Virus record (IMG/VR): IMGVR_UViG_3300013121_000022
Span: 1 to 64,000 of that record
From: a virus
Taxonomy: Duplodnaviria; Caudoviricetes
DNA: 64,000 bases
Direction: 5' to 3' (one strand)
Positions 19,304 to 29,016 of this stretch are shown here, in pieces; position 1 is the first letter of the stretch; each line of letters begins with the position of its first letter. Made by a program: the position numbers and the translations under genes. The notes beneath the pieces were generated by a model. That model saw only the letters and a program-made list of their open reading frames with translations, made no database searches and had not been told where the DNA came from.

Positions 19304-20409
19304 AAAAATTAATAGCAACAGCAGGCGACAGAAAATTATATGCACTCGGCAGACGTATGGGAGTTGTTGAAAGCAACGGCAAGACATCTCCGCCTCAGTT
19401 TATTCCATCCATACTACGATCTGATGACTGGACTATGATTCCTGATAAAGTTGAAAAGGCCGGAAACTCCGAATCGGTACGACGCGGCTGGTTGAAGCGT
19501 AAGGCGCTTGAATCGGCCAATCATCTCAGGAGTTTTCAGACTGGATTAGCCGGAATTCCAGATCGGTTCACTCGTGCCGCTTTGCGCCAAAAGCAACAGC
19601 AACACGCTAAAGTAATTTCAGATGTATCAAGAGAGCTATCCAACATGCAACACAAAAAACTACGAGACATTGTAACGGGCAACGTTCAAAAACATTTGCA
19701 AGGCCGACACGATCAAAAGGATCATGGCCGCAAGCAATTTAGCTTTGCCAGTGAAGTGCAATCAGTAATAAATTCTTTGCCAGTTCTGGATACAACTTTT
19801 CGAGACAGCAGAACCAGCGATGCTTATGTACAATGGAAAAAAGATATAGTCAATGCATCCATGAATGGTCGGTTGCCTGAATTAGCGGAAGCATGGTCAC
19901 AGGGTTGGTCAAACACAATTCGCGAAAAGTTGACTCCATCTACAGTTAAGACATTGGACGCACTTACCAATGATCAAAACAGTCGATCTAACACCATCGT
20001 TCCCGAATCTCAACTCTCAGATATTTTGAGCGAGATTACTACCGATGGCTATTATGAAGGAATGAACTCTGTTCGACTAGATCGTCCTGAACTTATTAGC
20101 GAGTTTTTGACTCCGGCAAATCAAGCAATGAGGGCTATTGATTCGTTTTTGACTTCACTTGGACACCCCGCTGGTGTATTGAACGGACTACAACTAGATG
20201 ATTTTAGAGGAATAGACAAAATACATCGTGGTGTATATGACTCTGCGGGATATGATCGAAACAAAGTCGAGTCGGCGGTTGTGTTTGACGACATTAATTT
20301 TTCGGATTTATCAGCCTCTATTGGCAATTATTTAATGATGTACTACCGAGACAATCCAGAAGACATTCCGGCCAATTTCCGAAACTCGATTGTGATTGCA
20401 GGCGATTAA
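19300..20409 (+). CDS. tagged cargo protein, unknown function (two tags)
   Basis: KAGNSESVRRGW at 19456 and KHLQGRHDQKDHG at 19690. Confidence 0.75.
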   Translation: MKKLIATAGDRKLYALGRRMGVVESNGKTSPPQFIPSILRSDDWTMIPDKVEKAGNSESVRRGWLKRKALESANHLRSFQTGLAGIPDRFTRAALRQKQQQHAKVISDVSRELSNMQHKKLRDIVTGNVQKHLQGRHDQKDHGRKQFSFASEVQSVINSLPVLDTTFRDSRTSDAYVQWKKDIVNASMNGRLPELAEAWSQGWSNTIREKLTPSTVKTLDALTNDQNSRSNTIVPESQLSDILSEITTDGYYEGMNSVRLDRPELISEFLTPANQAMRAIDSFLTSLGHPAGVLNGLQLDDFRGIDKIHRGVYDSAGYDRNKVESAVVFDDINFSDLSASIGNYLMMYYRDNPEDIPANFRNSIVIAGD

Positions 20410-20410
20410 T

Positions 20411-21550
20411 ATGTTGCGTGACATTGTGGTTGATGTTTTGGAAAAAGGCGGCAAGGGTTCGGGTTTTTTTGCTCCCCGTCATCAAGGCCGCATTGGTCAG
20501 ATTGGCGGATCAACATCAGAAAATGTTGCCGCTCAGTCGTCGGGACGAAGAATTTATACTGAACTTCTGACAATCGACAATGACAAACTCAACGATCCAA
20601 AGGAAGTTGCCAGAGCTAATCGCTGGACTAAAAAACATATCAACATACTATTGAGGTCGGGCAAACAGAATGTCACAGTCAAAAAGATTAATGGAAACAA
20701 TAAAACCATTTTTACGATTGAATATGACATGCCAGTTGTTCAGGTTGATCCTAAACCGGATGAGTCGGTGTCCGAGAACGTTGATTTATACACTCCGGTT
20801 TCAGTCAAGAAAAAAATAACCGTACCGTCAACTGCCAAAACTGAGGCAGGCAAAAAAATATATACCAACGCACGAGAAATTATCGATGCTATTGATTCGA
20901 TTCATAAAATGCCAAGCAATGCCCCTGTCGTAAACGTACATGTTTATGGTTTGAGATCGGGATTTGGTGAATACCGATATGGGACAGATGTTTCTACAAT
21001 TCGTGTATCTTCTAAGAGAACAGAGAATAATGAAGCAGAAGAAACTATCACACACGAAATGGGACACTGGCTAGATCATGCGTTAGGAAAAAGATTTACC
21101 AAATACAAGCAATCTCTTTTTACCGATGTTGCCTATAAGCCGGACTCTAATGCCGATCCAGCGATAAAAGACGCAATAGATGATTGGGTAAATGCCGTTA
21201 TGAATTCTCAGGCGGTAAACGAACTCGCTCAAACCAAACACAAAAAAACCTTAACAAAATTGATTCGCACTAAAAACGCCGATGGATCGTTGACGGTGGA
21301 AAGTAAGAGCATCAATGTTGACAGGAAAATCGTTAGATATTTCTTAAGCACCGCTGAATTGTTTGCCCGATCCTATTCTCAGTATATTGGAACTAAAACC
21401 GGACGAAAGGGAATTATGGATGCAATCAATAAAGTGAAACAAGGAAGCGATCAAACTTTTTATCCTCAACACTGGACTGACGATGATTTCAAGCCCATAT
21501 ACCATGCTATGGAAAACATTCTCAAAACAGCAGGACTACTAAATGAATAA
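20411..21550 (+). CDS. tagged cargo: zincin (HEMGH) / LPD1-like domain
   Basis: Start refined to ATG 20411; alternative tag KGGKGSGFFAPRHQGRIGQIGGS at 20444; HEMGHWLD; YFLSTAELFARSYSQY. Confidence 0.75.
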   Translation: MLRDIVVDVLEKGGKGSGFFAPRHQGRIGQIGGSTSENVAAQSSGRRIYTELLTIDNDKLNDPKEVARANRWTKKHINILLRSGKQNVTVKKINGNNKTIFTIEYDMPVVQVDPKPDESVSENVDLYTPVSVKKKITVPSTAKTEAGKKIYTNAREIIDAIDSIHKMPSNAPVVNVHVYGLRSGFGEYRYGTDVSTIRVSSKRTENNEAEETITHEMGHWLDHALGKRFTKYKQSLFTDVAYKPDSNADPAIKDAIDDWVNAVMNSQAVNELAQTKHKKTLTKLIRTKNADGSLTVESKSINVDRKIVRYFLSTAELFARSYSQYIGTKTGRKGIMDAINKVKQGSDQTFYPQHWTDDDFKPIYHAMENILKTAGLLNE

Positions 21551-22289
21551 CGACATAATTAATGATCGGGTTGTCAAAATAGTTGATGGACGCGAAATCG
21601 AAACCGATTCACCGTCCATCGAAGATGTTTATCGGTCTTTGCGATCTCACGGAAAACTTCGCAACAAAGTTGCCGCAGTCATAAAACATTTGTCAGGCAA
21701 ACACGATCAATCAAGTCACGGAAATCGAAACGGCAGTAACATTGTCACAAAAAAAATTGGCAATGCAACCATATCTTTGAATCAGGGCGATCTCACTAAA
21801 GTTCCGGTAGACGCCATTGTAAATGCCGCCAACGATCATTTACAACACGGTGGTGGACTTGCTCGTGCCATTGTAGTACGTGGCGGAGATTCGATTCAAG
21901 ACGAAAGCGATCAATGGATTCAAGAAAACGGCAACCCATCTTCAACTCGTCCGGCAATCACATCAGCGGGATCGTTGCCAGCAAAAATGATCATCCATGC
22001 TGTTGCGCCTAGATGGAACGAAAAACAAGAACCACAGATGTACGAACAACTCAAGTCGGCTTACAGATCGGCGCTAGATGTCGCACATCAAAAAAACCTA
22101 AAATCAATTTCGTTTCCATCATTGGGAACTGGAATATTTGGAGTTCCAATTTCAGTCGGAGCAAAAGCCTCAAGAGAGGCAGTAGAAGATTTTGTTCGTG
22201 ACAATCCAGATTCTTCGTTGAAAGATATTCGCTTTACAATCTTTGACGACAAAACTGTGTCGGTTTTTGAAAGTGAGTATTCTAAATAA
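21543..22289 (+). CDS. tagged cargo: macrodomain (MacroD/YmdB-like ADP-ribosylhydrolase)
   Basis: Tag KHLSGKHDQSSHG at 21684; GDLT...DAIVNAAN..L.HGGG.A.AI...IIHAV.P...SISFPSLGTGIFG. Confidence 0.92.
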   Translation: MNNDIINDRVVKIVDGREIETDSPSIEDVYRSLRSHGKLRNKVAAVIKHLSGKHDQSSHGNRNGSNIVTKKIGNATISLNQGDLTKVPVDAIVNAANDHLQHGGGLARAIVVRGGDSIQDESDQWIQENGNPSSTRPAITSAGSLPAKMIIHAVAPRWNEKQEPQMYEQLKSAYRSALDVAHQKNLKSISFPSLGTGIFGVPISVGAKASREAVEDFVRDNPDSSLKDIRFTIFDDKTVSVFESEYSK

Positions 22290-22291
22290 TT

Positions 22292-23989
22292 ATGACTAAA
22301 CCAACTCTTGACAATAATATGTTGTCGTACTATGATTACATCGCTAATCATGGTAATTCTGCATTACGTAGAAAGGTTGGTAAACATTACATGGGACAAC
22401 ACGATCAAAAAAAGCATGGCCGAAAAACAACTCATCTGTTGGATTTTCCGGTAAACGCCAATCTCAGGGCTATTGCTGATAAATTTGACGCGGCTGGATT
22501 TAAGATTTACGTAGCAGGCGGAGCGGTACGAGATTATATTGTCGGTAAGACTCCCAAAGACTTTGACCTAACAACCGATGCTACTCCCACTGAAACCAAG
22601 TTTCTATTTGGTACAAAACAAATCAAGCCAGACTTGGGCGGAGAGTCGCATGGTACAGTTCGCATTCAAGAGGGGCATGAGATTTTTGAAATCACCACAC
22701 ATCGCACAGACGTTGAAACGGACGGGCGTCATGCAGTCGTGGCGTTTTCGCGATCCTTGACTGACGACTTGGCACGTCGCGATCTAACCTGTAACGCAAT
22801 GGCCTTAGACCTGAAAGATAAAAGGCTGTACGGTACATCTCCAGACGGATCGGCAGAAGACAATATCTCCGACATTGAAGATGGAGTCGTTCGATTTGTC
22901 GGCAATGGATCGGATCGGATTCGCGAAGACGCTTTACGTGGCTTACGAGCTATTCGCTTTGCAATCAAACTGAACGCAAAGTTGCATCCTGATACAAAGG
23001 CGGCGATCACTCAGGCAGTTGACAACGGATTAATTCCCGGCAATTTATCCGCTGAACGAATCCGAGATGAAATGATTCGCACTTTTGGCATGGAACATGG
23101 CGCAAACGCTATCCGATGGTACAAGGAAACCGGATTGCTGTTCGCTATCTTTCCTGAATTGAAGGCGTCTGAAAATCAATCGCAAAACAAACATCACGGT
23201 GATGTCAAGGTATTGGAGCACATCTTTCGCACTACTGAAACAGTCGATGTTCCGAAAACGGACTTGAAGTTGTTTAACGGTATGGCAACATTGTTGTTTG
23301 GACACAGGGACGAAAGCGAAGTAACAGAATCTGAGCGTATTGATACTGCCAGAGGAATTTTGCGCTTGACTATGCTGATGCATGACATTGCCAAACCACA
23401 AACAGCGGCAGAAAAACCCAACGCACCGGGTGAATACTCGTTTTTGACGCATGAAATCAAAGGAGCAGAAATTGCAAATGCCATTGCCAGACGTTTACGA
23501 ATTCCAAACACATTCGTTGACTTGATTACAATGGGTGTAGCCGAGCACATGGCAGTTCCTCATCCCGATGCATCCGATAGTTCAATCCGCCGATGGGCAA
23601 GACGACTGTATGACGAAAACAAGGGATTAGCCGAAAGCGGAATGAATTTGGTTGATTGGATGATGGCAGTACGGGCAGCTGATTGGGGATCGTTAGGACG
23701 TGAGCACAGCATTCAAGATATGGGCTTTGACAAAATCCGCTCAGTATTAACCGCAGTTCCAGTAACAACTAAACCGCCAGTTAGGGGTGAACGTATCATG
23801 TCGCTGACGGGATTGAGTCCTAAAACAAATGGTAAAATGATCGGACAAATTGTAAGACACATCGGTGAATTTTTGGATACCATGCCAGATGCACCCGATC
23901 ATGTTATCGATCAAGAGATTATGTCCGCGTTTCATTCTCTAACCGATAACAAGCCATTAGGAAAACAAGTCAAAGATGCACTCCAATAA
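22292..23989 (+). CDS. tagged cargo: CCA-adding enzyme / poly(A) polymerase family nucleotidyltransferase with HD domain
   Basis: Tag KHYMGQHDQKKHG at 22382; GGAVRD...KDFDLTT, EITTHR, DLARRDLTCNAMA, EDALRGLRAIRF, HDIAKP. Confidence 0.92.
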   Translation: MTKPTLDNNMLSYYDYIANHGNSALRRKVGKHYMGQHDQKKHGRKTTHLLDFPVNANLRAIADKFDAAGFKIYVAGGAVRDYIVGKTPKDFDLTTDATPTETKFLFGTKQIKPDLGGESHGTVRIQEGHEIFEITTHRTDVETDGRHAVVAFSRSLTDDLARRDLTCNAMALDLKDKRLYGTSPDGSAEDNISDIEDGVVRFVGNGSDRIREDALRGLRAIRFAIKLNAKLHPDTKAAITQAVDNGLIPGNLSAERIRDEMIRTFGMEHGANAIRWYKETGLLFAIFPELKASENQSQNKHHGDVKVLEHIFRTTETVDVPKTDLKLFNGMATLLFGHRDESEVTESERIDTARGILRLTMLMHDIAKPQTAAEKPNAPGEYSFLTHEIKGAEIANAIARRLRIPNTFVDLITMGVAEHMAVPHPDASDSSIRRWARRLYDENKGLAESGMNLVDWMMAVRAADWGSLGREHSIQDMGFDKIRSVLTAVPVTTKPPVRGERIMSLTGLSPKTNGKMIGQIVRHIGEFLDTMPDAPDHVIDQEIMSAFHSLTDNKPLGKQVKDALQ

Positions 23990-25031
23990 CACGTTTTCCG
24001 GCAAGGCATTCAAACACCTTGCCGGAAAACATGACCAATCTACACATGGGCGCAGAAATTTACATTCGACTGTTTATGCCGCACTGGAAGGATTGAAAGA
24101 GGGTGTTGCATACGTCGATCCCGATCCTAGTCCAGAGATCGCCAATCTAATCAATCGCATGAAAGAGATCAAAAACTCTGTAGGCGAAACTCTCCGAAGT
24201 CAAGAACAAGAATTGGCGAACATGGAACGCGACTTAAACAGTGTTCTCGAAAAGATGAACGACAACTCTAGGCAGTTCGGTAAAGTTTATAACGCATTAA
24301 AAAAACTAGACAGCACATCGGATGCATATATACAAAAGAACGCGGAACTAAATGAGATTGAAAAACAAATCGATCAACTCACGGATACTCGTGATGAACT
24401 CCTGATGGCGTTAGCCAACAAAAAACATGTAGCCAAAAATGCCCAAGCGGTTATTAATGCTGAAATCAGAAAACAACTGTTTCAACACGAGAATCCATTA
24501 AAGGTTGCGCCACGATCAAACTGGACTTCTTTTGGCGTGAAAGGTGGAGCGCAAGATGTGATACAGGAATTCTCTAAAATGCTGAATGGCAATAACGTTG
24601 ATCGAGACGAAGTGCTTTTAGACTTTTCAGACACCGGACGATCTTCATTTATCGATTTGAAAAACATGATTCGTCTAGCCGATCAAGACATGACTGCCGG
24701 AGGCGTAATTGCTCATGAATTTGGACACTGGTATGAAAACTCATCAAAAGGTGTTCAAGAGAAAGCGGTAAAATTTTTAGATAAGCGCCGAACTTCAAAA
24801 AAACTAGCACCGATAAAATTTTTTATTCCCGGAAGCACATACGACGCAAGTGAAGTTGGTTACGCAGATCATTTTATTCATCCCTATACTGGAAAGATGT
24901 ACTCAGACGGAGCAACCGAAATTGTATCCACTGGTTTCGAGTATATGTGGAACGATCCCATTGATTTTGCTGAACGCGATCAAGATCATTTTGAGTTCAT
25001 TGTCGATATTATGAAGAACGGAGGCGGATAA
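23976..25031 (+). CDS. tagged cargo: coiled coil plus zincin-like domain
   Basis: Tag KHLAGKHDQSTHG at 24012; HEFGHWYE; PYTGKMY...TEIVSTGFE. Confidence 0.75.
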   Translation: MHSNNTFSGKAFKHLAGKHDQSTHGRRNLHSTVYAALEGLKEGVAYVDPDPSPEIANLINRMKEIKNSVGETLRSQEQELANMERDLNSVLEKMNDNSRQFGKVYNALKKLDSTSDAYIQKNAELNEIEKQIDQLTDTRDELLMALANKKHVAKNAQAVINAEIRKQLFQHENPLKVAPRSNWTSFGVKGGAQDVIQEFSKMLNGNNVDRDEVLLDFSDTGRSSFIDLKNMIRLADQDMTAGGVIAHEFGHWYENSSKGVQEKAVKFLDKRRTSKKLAPIKFFIPGSTYDASEVGYADHFIHPYTGKMYSDGATEIVSTGFEYMWNDPIDFAERDQDHFEFIVDIMKNGGG

Positions 25032-26147
25032 ATGACTGTTGTTGTTTCGATTATGGGATCAACGGCTACGCTCAGTAATTACGTTTGGACATCAACGGAC
25101 AAATTGGTAGCCAACACACTGAATGCTTATGTGCCAGTTGGCGGATTCGCAACGCATATTCCCGATCCAGATTACGAACTCGCACAGGCTATGATAACAA
25201 AATTTGGTGGAAAGATTATTTCCAACACTCCCCCCGTTTGGATACCAGACTATCACCCACGAACTAGCCTGCTTGACAAAGTGCTGAAACATCTTCCGGG
25301 ACAGCACAACCAACTGGATCATGGTAGAAAACAGAACTCGACTGATTTGCGATCTGACGAATCGGCAGAGTGGATGTTAGAGTATCACGACTCAGCGACC
25401 CCAATATCAGAAATGTCGATGAATAGCGTGTACATTCTTGAGTTCGCTAATGGCCGCAAGTCAATCGGAAAAACAATACAGCCAAACAGACAATACGGAA
25501 TAGACGCTGACCATGTAAGACAAGAAGCAATCAATGAAGTAACAGTGGCGTCACTTGCAAAAATACTGAATGTCAACGTTCCTCCAACGGTAGCAGTCAA
25601 AGATTCGGGATCAAGCTACACTATTAAGCAGGAGTTTGTCGATGGAAAAAATGGCGGCGAACTCTATTCGCTGAAAAAGGTGTATCAACGACTTCAAGAA
25701 CATCCCGATCATTTATTCCGAGCGGCGATACTGGACTTCATTACCGGACAAACAGATCGGCACGTTGGCAATGTAATGTTTACTAAAACCAGCTTTGCGT
25801 TAGTGGATAATGGCAACACCACACAACCTAGTAACATGACCAACCTAAAACTATGCGTTGGTCAAGCTAGTACAGAAGATCGATCTTTGATGGTGTCAGC
25901 ATACAACAAAATCTTTGATGCTAATTCTGCTCCAACTAAAGAACAATTCAATATTTTGAACTCTGTAATCAAGGCAAAGCAGTTTCCAAAACCAATTCGA
26001 GCACGAGCGGAATTCCTTAAGCGTCTTTGGACAGAAACTAACAGCACACAGATTCCGCCAATGACCAAAGAATCAGACTGGATCAATACCGAATCCAAAC
26101 TATGGAATTCGGTGGTCGCTCAGTACAATAATGAGGACGACAAATGA
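25032..26147 (+). CDS. tagged cargo: HipA/PI3-PI4-kinase-like protein
   Basis: Tag KHLPGQHNQLDHG at 25287; EV..A.LA..L...VPPT, DFITGQTDRHVGNVM, LVDNG. Confidence 0.82.
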   Translation: MTVVVSIMGSTATLSNYVWTSTDKLVANTLNAYVPVGGFATHIPDPDYELAQAMITKFGGKIISNTPPVWIPDYHPRTSLLDKVLKHLPGQHNQLDHGRKQNSTDLRSDESAEWMLEYHDSATPISEMSMNSVYILEFANGRKSIGKTIQPNRQYGIDADHVRQEAINEVTVASLAKILNVNVPPTVAVKDSGSSYTIKQEFVDGKNGGELYSLKKVYQRLQEHPDHLFRAAILDFITGQTDRHVGNVMFTKTSFALVDNGNTTQPSNMTNLKLCVGQASTEDRSLMVSAYNKIFDANSAPTKEQFNILNSVIKAKQFPKPIRARAEFLKRLWTETNSTQIPPMTKESDWINTESKLWNSVVAQYNNEDDK

Positions 26148-26776
26148 TTAACATTGTTAGCAATCAATCGATCATAGCCACTTACGACAACGATATGGGC
26201 TGGTCGGGAAATCCGAATCAGGTTCAGGTTCTAATAGAAACATTTGGTAAGCAAACCGAAGATCAATATCTTCGGACGATATGTGGATCGTACTTGTTTG
26301 CCCAAAAATCAAAACAAACACTAATGCAGACGATCAAGCACCTAATCGGTCAGCACGACCAAAAAACACACGGTGGACTCAAAGGGACTTTGCTTAGTAT
26401 TCGTGAAAACATTGTCCAGAAGGCTCAGGAAGTCTTGGACGACTGGAAACCGAACGAAGATGGCTTTGACGAGTTATTCGGCTCAGGCGGGGCGTGTGAC
26501 GAGATTGCAAGGGTAATGAGTGACGTTATCACGGAACAAATACCAGACGCCGAGATATTTGATGGTGGTCAGGACGGTGATGATCACGCCTTTATCTATG
26601 TCAAACAAAACAATAAGGCTTTTGCGGTTGATATTCCGCCGGGCGTCTATGAAACAGGTGGGGGATACAATTGGAAAAAGAAAGAGGGAGTCAAGCTCGA
26701 ACCGGACGATGTAGTTATATATGAAATTGACGCCTCTGTACTTGAATCGGAATTTGACGATCACGATTACGATTGA
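26144..26776 (+). CDS. tagged cargo: possible papain/transglutaminase-fold enzyme
   Basis: Tag KHLIGQHDQKTHG at 26336; GGAC.EIA...DHAF...VDI suggests a Cys-His-Asp triad. Confidence 0.55.
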   Translation: MINIVSNQSIIATYDNDMGWSGNPNQVQVLIETFGKQTEDQYLRTICGSYLFAQKSKQTLMQTIKHLIGQHDQKTHGGLKGTLLSIRENIVQKAQEVLDDWKPNEDGFDELFGSGGACDEIARVMSDVITEQIPDAEIFDGGQDGDDHAFIYVKQNNKAFAVDIPPGVYETGGGYNWKKKEGVKLEPDDVVIYEIDASVLESEFDDHDYD

Positions 26777-26803
26777 TCGGCGCAGATCGGATATAATTTA
26801 GGT

Positions 26804-27475
26804 ATGATGGACAGAAAAATAGACTACAAACAACTTGGAATTGATTTTGACTATCTCAAAGGACTTCCGTTAGGTGGTGGAGGTCGAGAGTGGCCTGCTC
26901 CCTGGGCGGTTGCCGCCAAGATATTATTCGTCAATGGATTTTCGGCCAGAGACATTGAAGACATTCTTCAAGGGCCAAAACGAATAACAATCTATTCATG
27001 GATCGATAAATACAAGTGGCAAGAAGAACGCGACAAGTACATGCAAGAGTTGGCCGAAAAAGCGTTAGTAGCCAGTCAAGAAACGCAAGTAGAGGTCAAC
27101 CAGCGACACTTAAAATCGCTTATTGCTATGCAGAATGCCGCAATCCTGCCAATCCTCAATAGGCAAGTTCAACCCAAGTCATTGGAAGGTACAATGACAG
27201 CGGCAATTTCGGCCATGCGAATGGAGCGTGACATTCTTGGACTCGCAGGTGGAACACCGGAAACAACCATTCTACAAGACAATCGTGTTCAAACGGTTTT
27301 GACATCATTGGACGGAATTCCGACAGATAAGTTGGAAGAATTTTTCGCCCTTCAACAAAAGAAAATGGAGTTAGACGGAGAGATCGCCAATCTAACTACT
27401 GAAAATAAAACGGACGATCATTTTGCAGGAGATGAAGAACATGACTCAATCATTGAAGCGACAGTTGCTGAGTAA
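26804..27475 (+). CDS. putative terminase small subunit (HTH)
   Basis: A...F..G.S...I...L......TIYSW...Y.W HTH followed by helical region; upstream of TerL; TATAAT at 26792. Confidence 0.55.
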   Translation: MMDRKIDYKQLGIDFDYLKGLPLGGGGREWPAPWAVAAKILFVNGFSARDIEDILQGPKRITIYSWIDKYKWQEERDKYMQELAEKALVASQETQVEVNQRHLKSLIAMQNAAILPILNRQVQPKSLEGTMTAAISAMRMERDILGLAGGTPETTILQDNRVQTVLTSLDGIPTDKLEEFFALQQKKMELDGEIANLTTENKTDDHFAGDEEHDSIIEATVAE

Positions 27476-28235
27476 ATTAGACAACGTTGCAACCAAAATG
27501 CCGCGTTGCCCAAAATGCAACAAGCGCATGAAAGATAAACACGGTGGGGGTTATAAGTGTCCCGCGTGTAAGCACGAAGTTGAGGCCGAAGAATCAGTCG
27601 AAAAAAGTTTTGTGCCTGATACCTTTCCCCAAATAGAATCTGTGTCAAAAAAAAAGCTAAGTAAGCAGGTTGCCGAAAAACTTGAAAAACACCCGGGACA
27701 TCCCGATCAATCTGTTCATGGGAGTTGGGCAAGAAACGCTGATACTCGCGGAAACATACTAGAGCGTAAGGGAAAAATTTCAGGTAAAGGACGCAAGACC
27801 GTCGAAGTAGGCGCAAGCGCACAGTTCAAAGCAAAAAAACTCAAGATGCGTCCGAGCACCTTGAAACAGATTCAAAATGGATGGAAAAGCAGGCTTGACG
27901 ATGTAGCTTTTTCGCGAGAAGACCTACAGGGACAGACACCCTATATTCCCGTAGCCGAATCCAGATTTCCCAAAGGATCGGTTGGAGCAAAAATCAATCA
28001 ATTGATTGGTAATCAAGTTGGTCGGGCGGATGCTTATTATCGACACGCCATGACCCTGAATCCACTGACGCATAACACTGAACGACAGTCGTTATTGTAT
28101 CGCGCTGAAAAATTTTTGGAATTCTCAAACAAAGTCTTAGGGCCAGCACTACAACGAGAACTCAAGAAGCTTGATCCTGTAGTAGTCACTAAGCAAAAAA
28201 TTCTTTCCACTTTACGGGGATACTCACATGCTTAA
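27441..28235 (+). CDS. tagged protein with N-terminal zinc ribbon
   Basis: CPKC...CPAC; variant tag KHPGHPDQSVHG at 27687. Confidence 0.7.
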   Translation: MTQSLKRQLLSKLDNVATKMPRCPKCNKRMKDKHGGGYKCPACKHEVEAEESVEKSFVPDTFPQIESVSKKKLSKQVAEKLEKHPGHPDQSVHGSWARNADTRGNILERKGKISGKGRKTVEVGASAQFKAKKLKMRPSTLKQIQNGWKSRLDDVAFSREDLQGQTPYIPVAESRFPKGSVGAKINQLIGNQVGRADAYYRHAMTLNPLTHNTERQSLLYRAEKFLEFSNKVLGPALQRELKKLDPVVVTKQKILSTLRGYSHA

Positions 28236-29016
28236 TAACCTATCTCAAAAACAGCGCCAAAAACTCGAACAGATAGACTCGGTACAAAAGCATTCCTTTC
28301 CGTTCGATCATCCAGACGACCTACATAGAATTTTAGAACAGTCAGTCGAATACGCCGAAACACCCATGCCCGAATCCACTGTGGAATTATGGGATCAACT
28401 TGACGACTGGATTGATGGACTTGTCGATCAAGAGTCGGACGAAGATCGCAGCTTTGAAGAAGTTGACGAACTGGATAAAGGCGATAGTCCCGGACATCCA
28501 TTTAGAGGAAATCAATACGTTGACGGTGAAGGTGGCTCGTCGCTATCTGAGGAAGAAAAAGCCAGCATTAAACAACACATAGCCGATCACGGATTCCCAA
28601 GCAAAAAAACCTTGATTCATGATTTGGACGCATATCGCGAACGGGCAATTCGTCGCAAGCAAGAATTAGATGACATCACGGAAAAGTTGAACAACGAAAC
28701 AAACAAGAAAAAACTTATGTTGTTGAGAGGCGCACACACCACTGCTACCAAAGATTATGAAAGTGCTATTAATTTAGTCGAACGAACAAAATATAAACTC
28801 GAACTGGCAGAAAACGATCCAGATACGCTAAATGCAAGTCAGCAATACAAACAGGCATTGGATGACTTTTCGAGAGCGGCGGAGAAATGGCAGGCCGCAA
28901 AGACTGATTTCCGATCACGCAAAATTGGTGACGCTGAATATTTCAAAGCCAGAGACGAATTTAAGTTGGCCGAACAAGCAATGAATCAAGCGGAGAAAAA
29001 AGAACAGAATCGATGA
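28228..29016 (+). CDS. tagged helical cargo protein
   Basis: Alternative tag KGDSPGHPFRGNQY at 28477; coiled-coil C-terminus. Confidence 0.7.
   Translation: MLNNLSQKQRQKLEQIDSVQKHSFPFDHPDDLHRILEQSVEYAETPMPESTVELWDQLDDWIDGLVDQESDEDRSFEEVDELDKGDSPGHPFRGNQYVDGEGGSSLSEEEKASIKQHIADHGFPSKKTLIHDLDAYRERAIRRKQELDDITEKLNNETNKKKLMLLRGAHTTATKDYESAINLVERTKYKLELAENDPDTLNASQQYKQALDDFSRAAEKWQAAKTDFRSRKIGDAEYFKARDEFKLAEQAMNQAEKKEQNR

Noticed and set aside
28288-28329. KHSFPFDHPDDLH (and KHKPS near 29343) as extra tag copies
   Set aside because: Too degenerate (no Gly, no Gln); not counted among the 24
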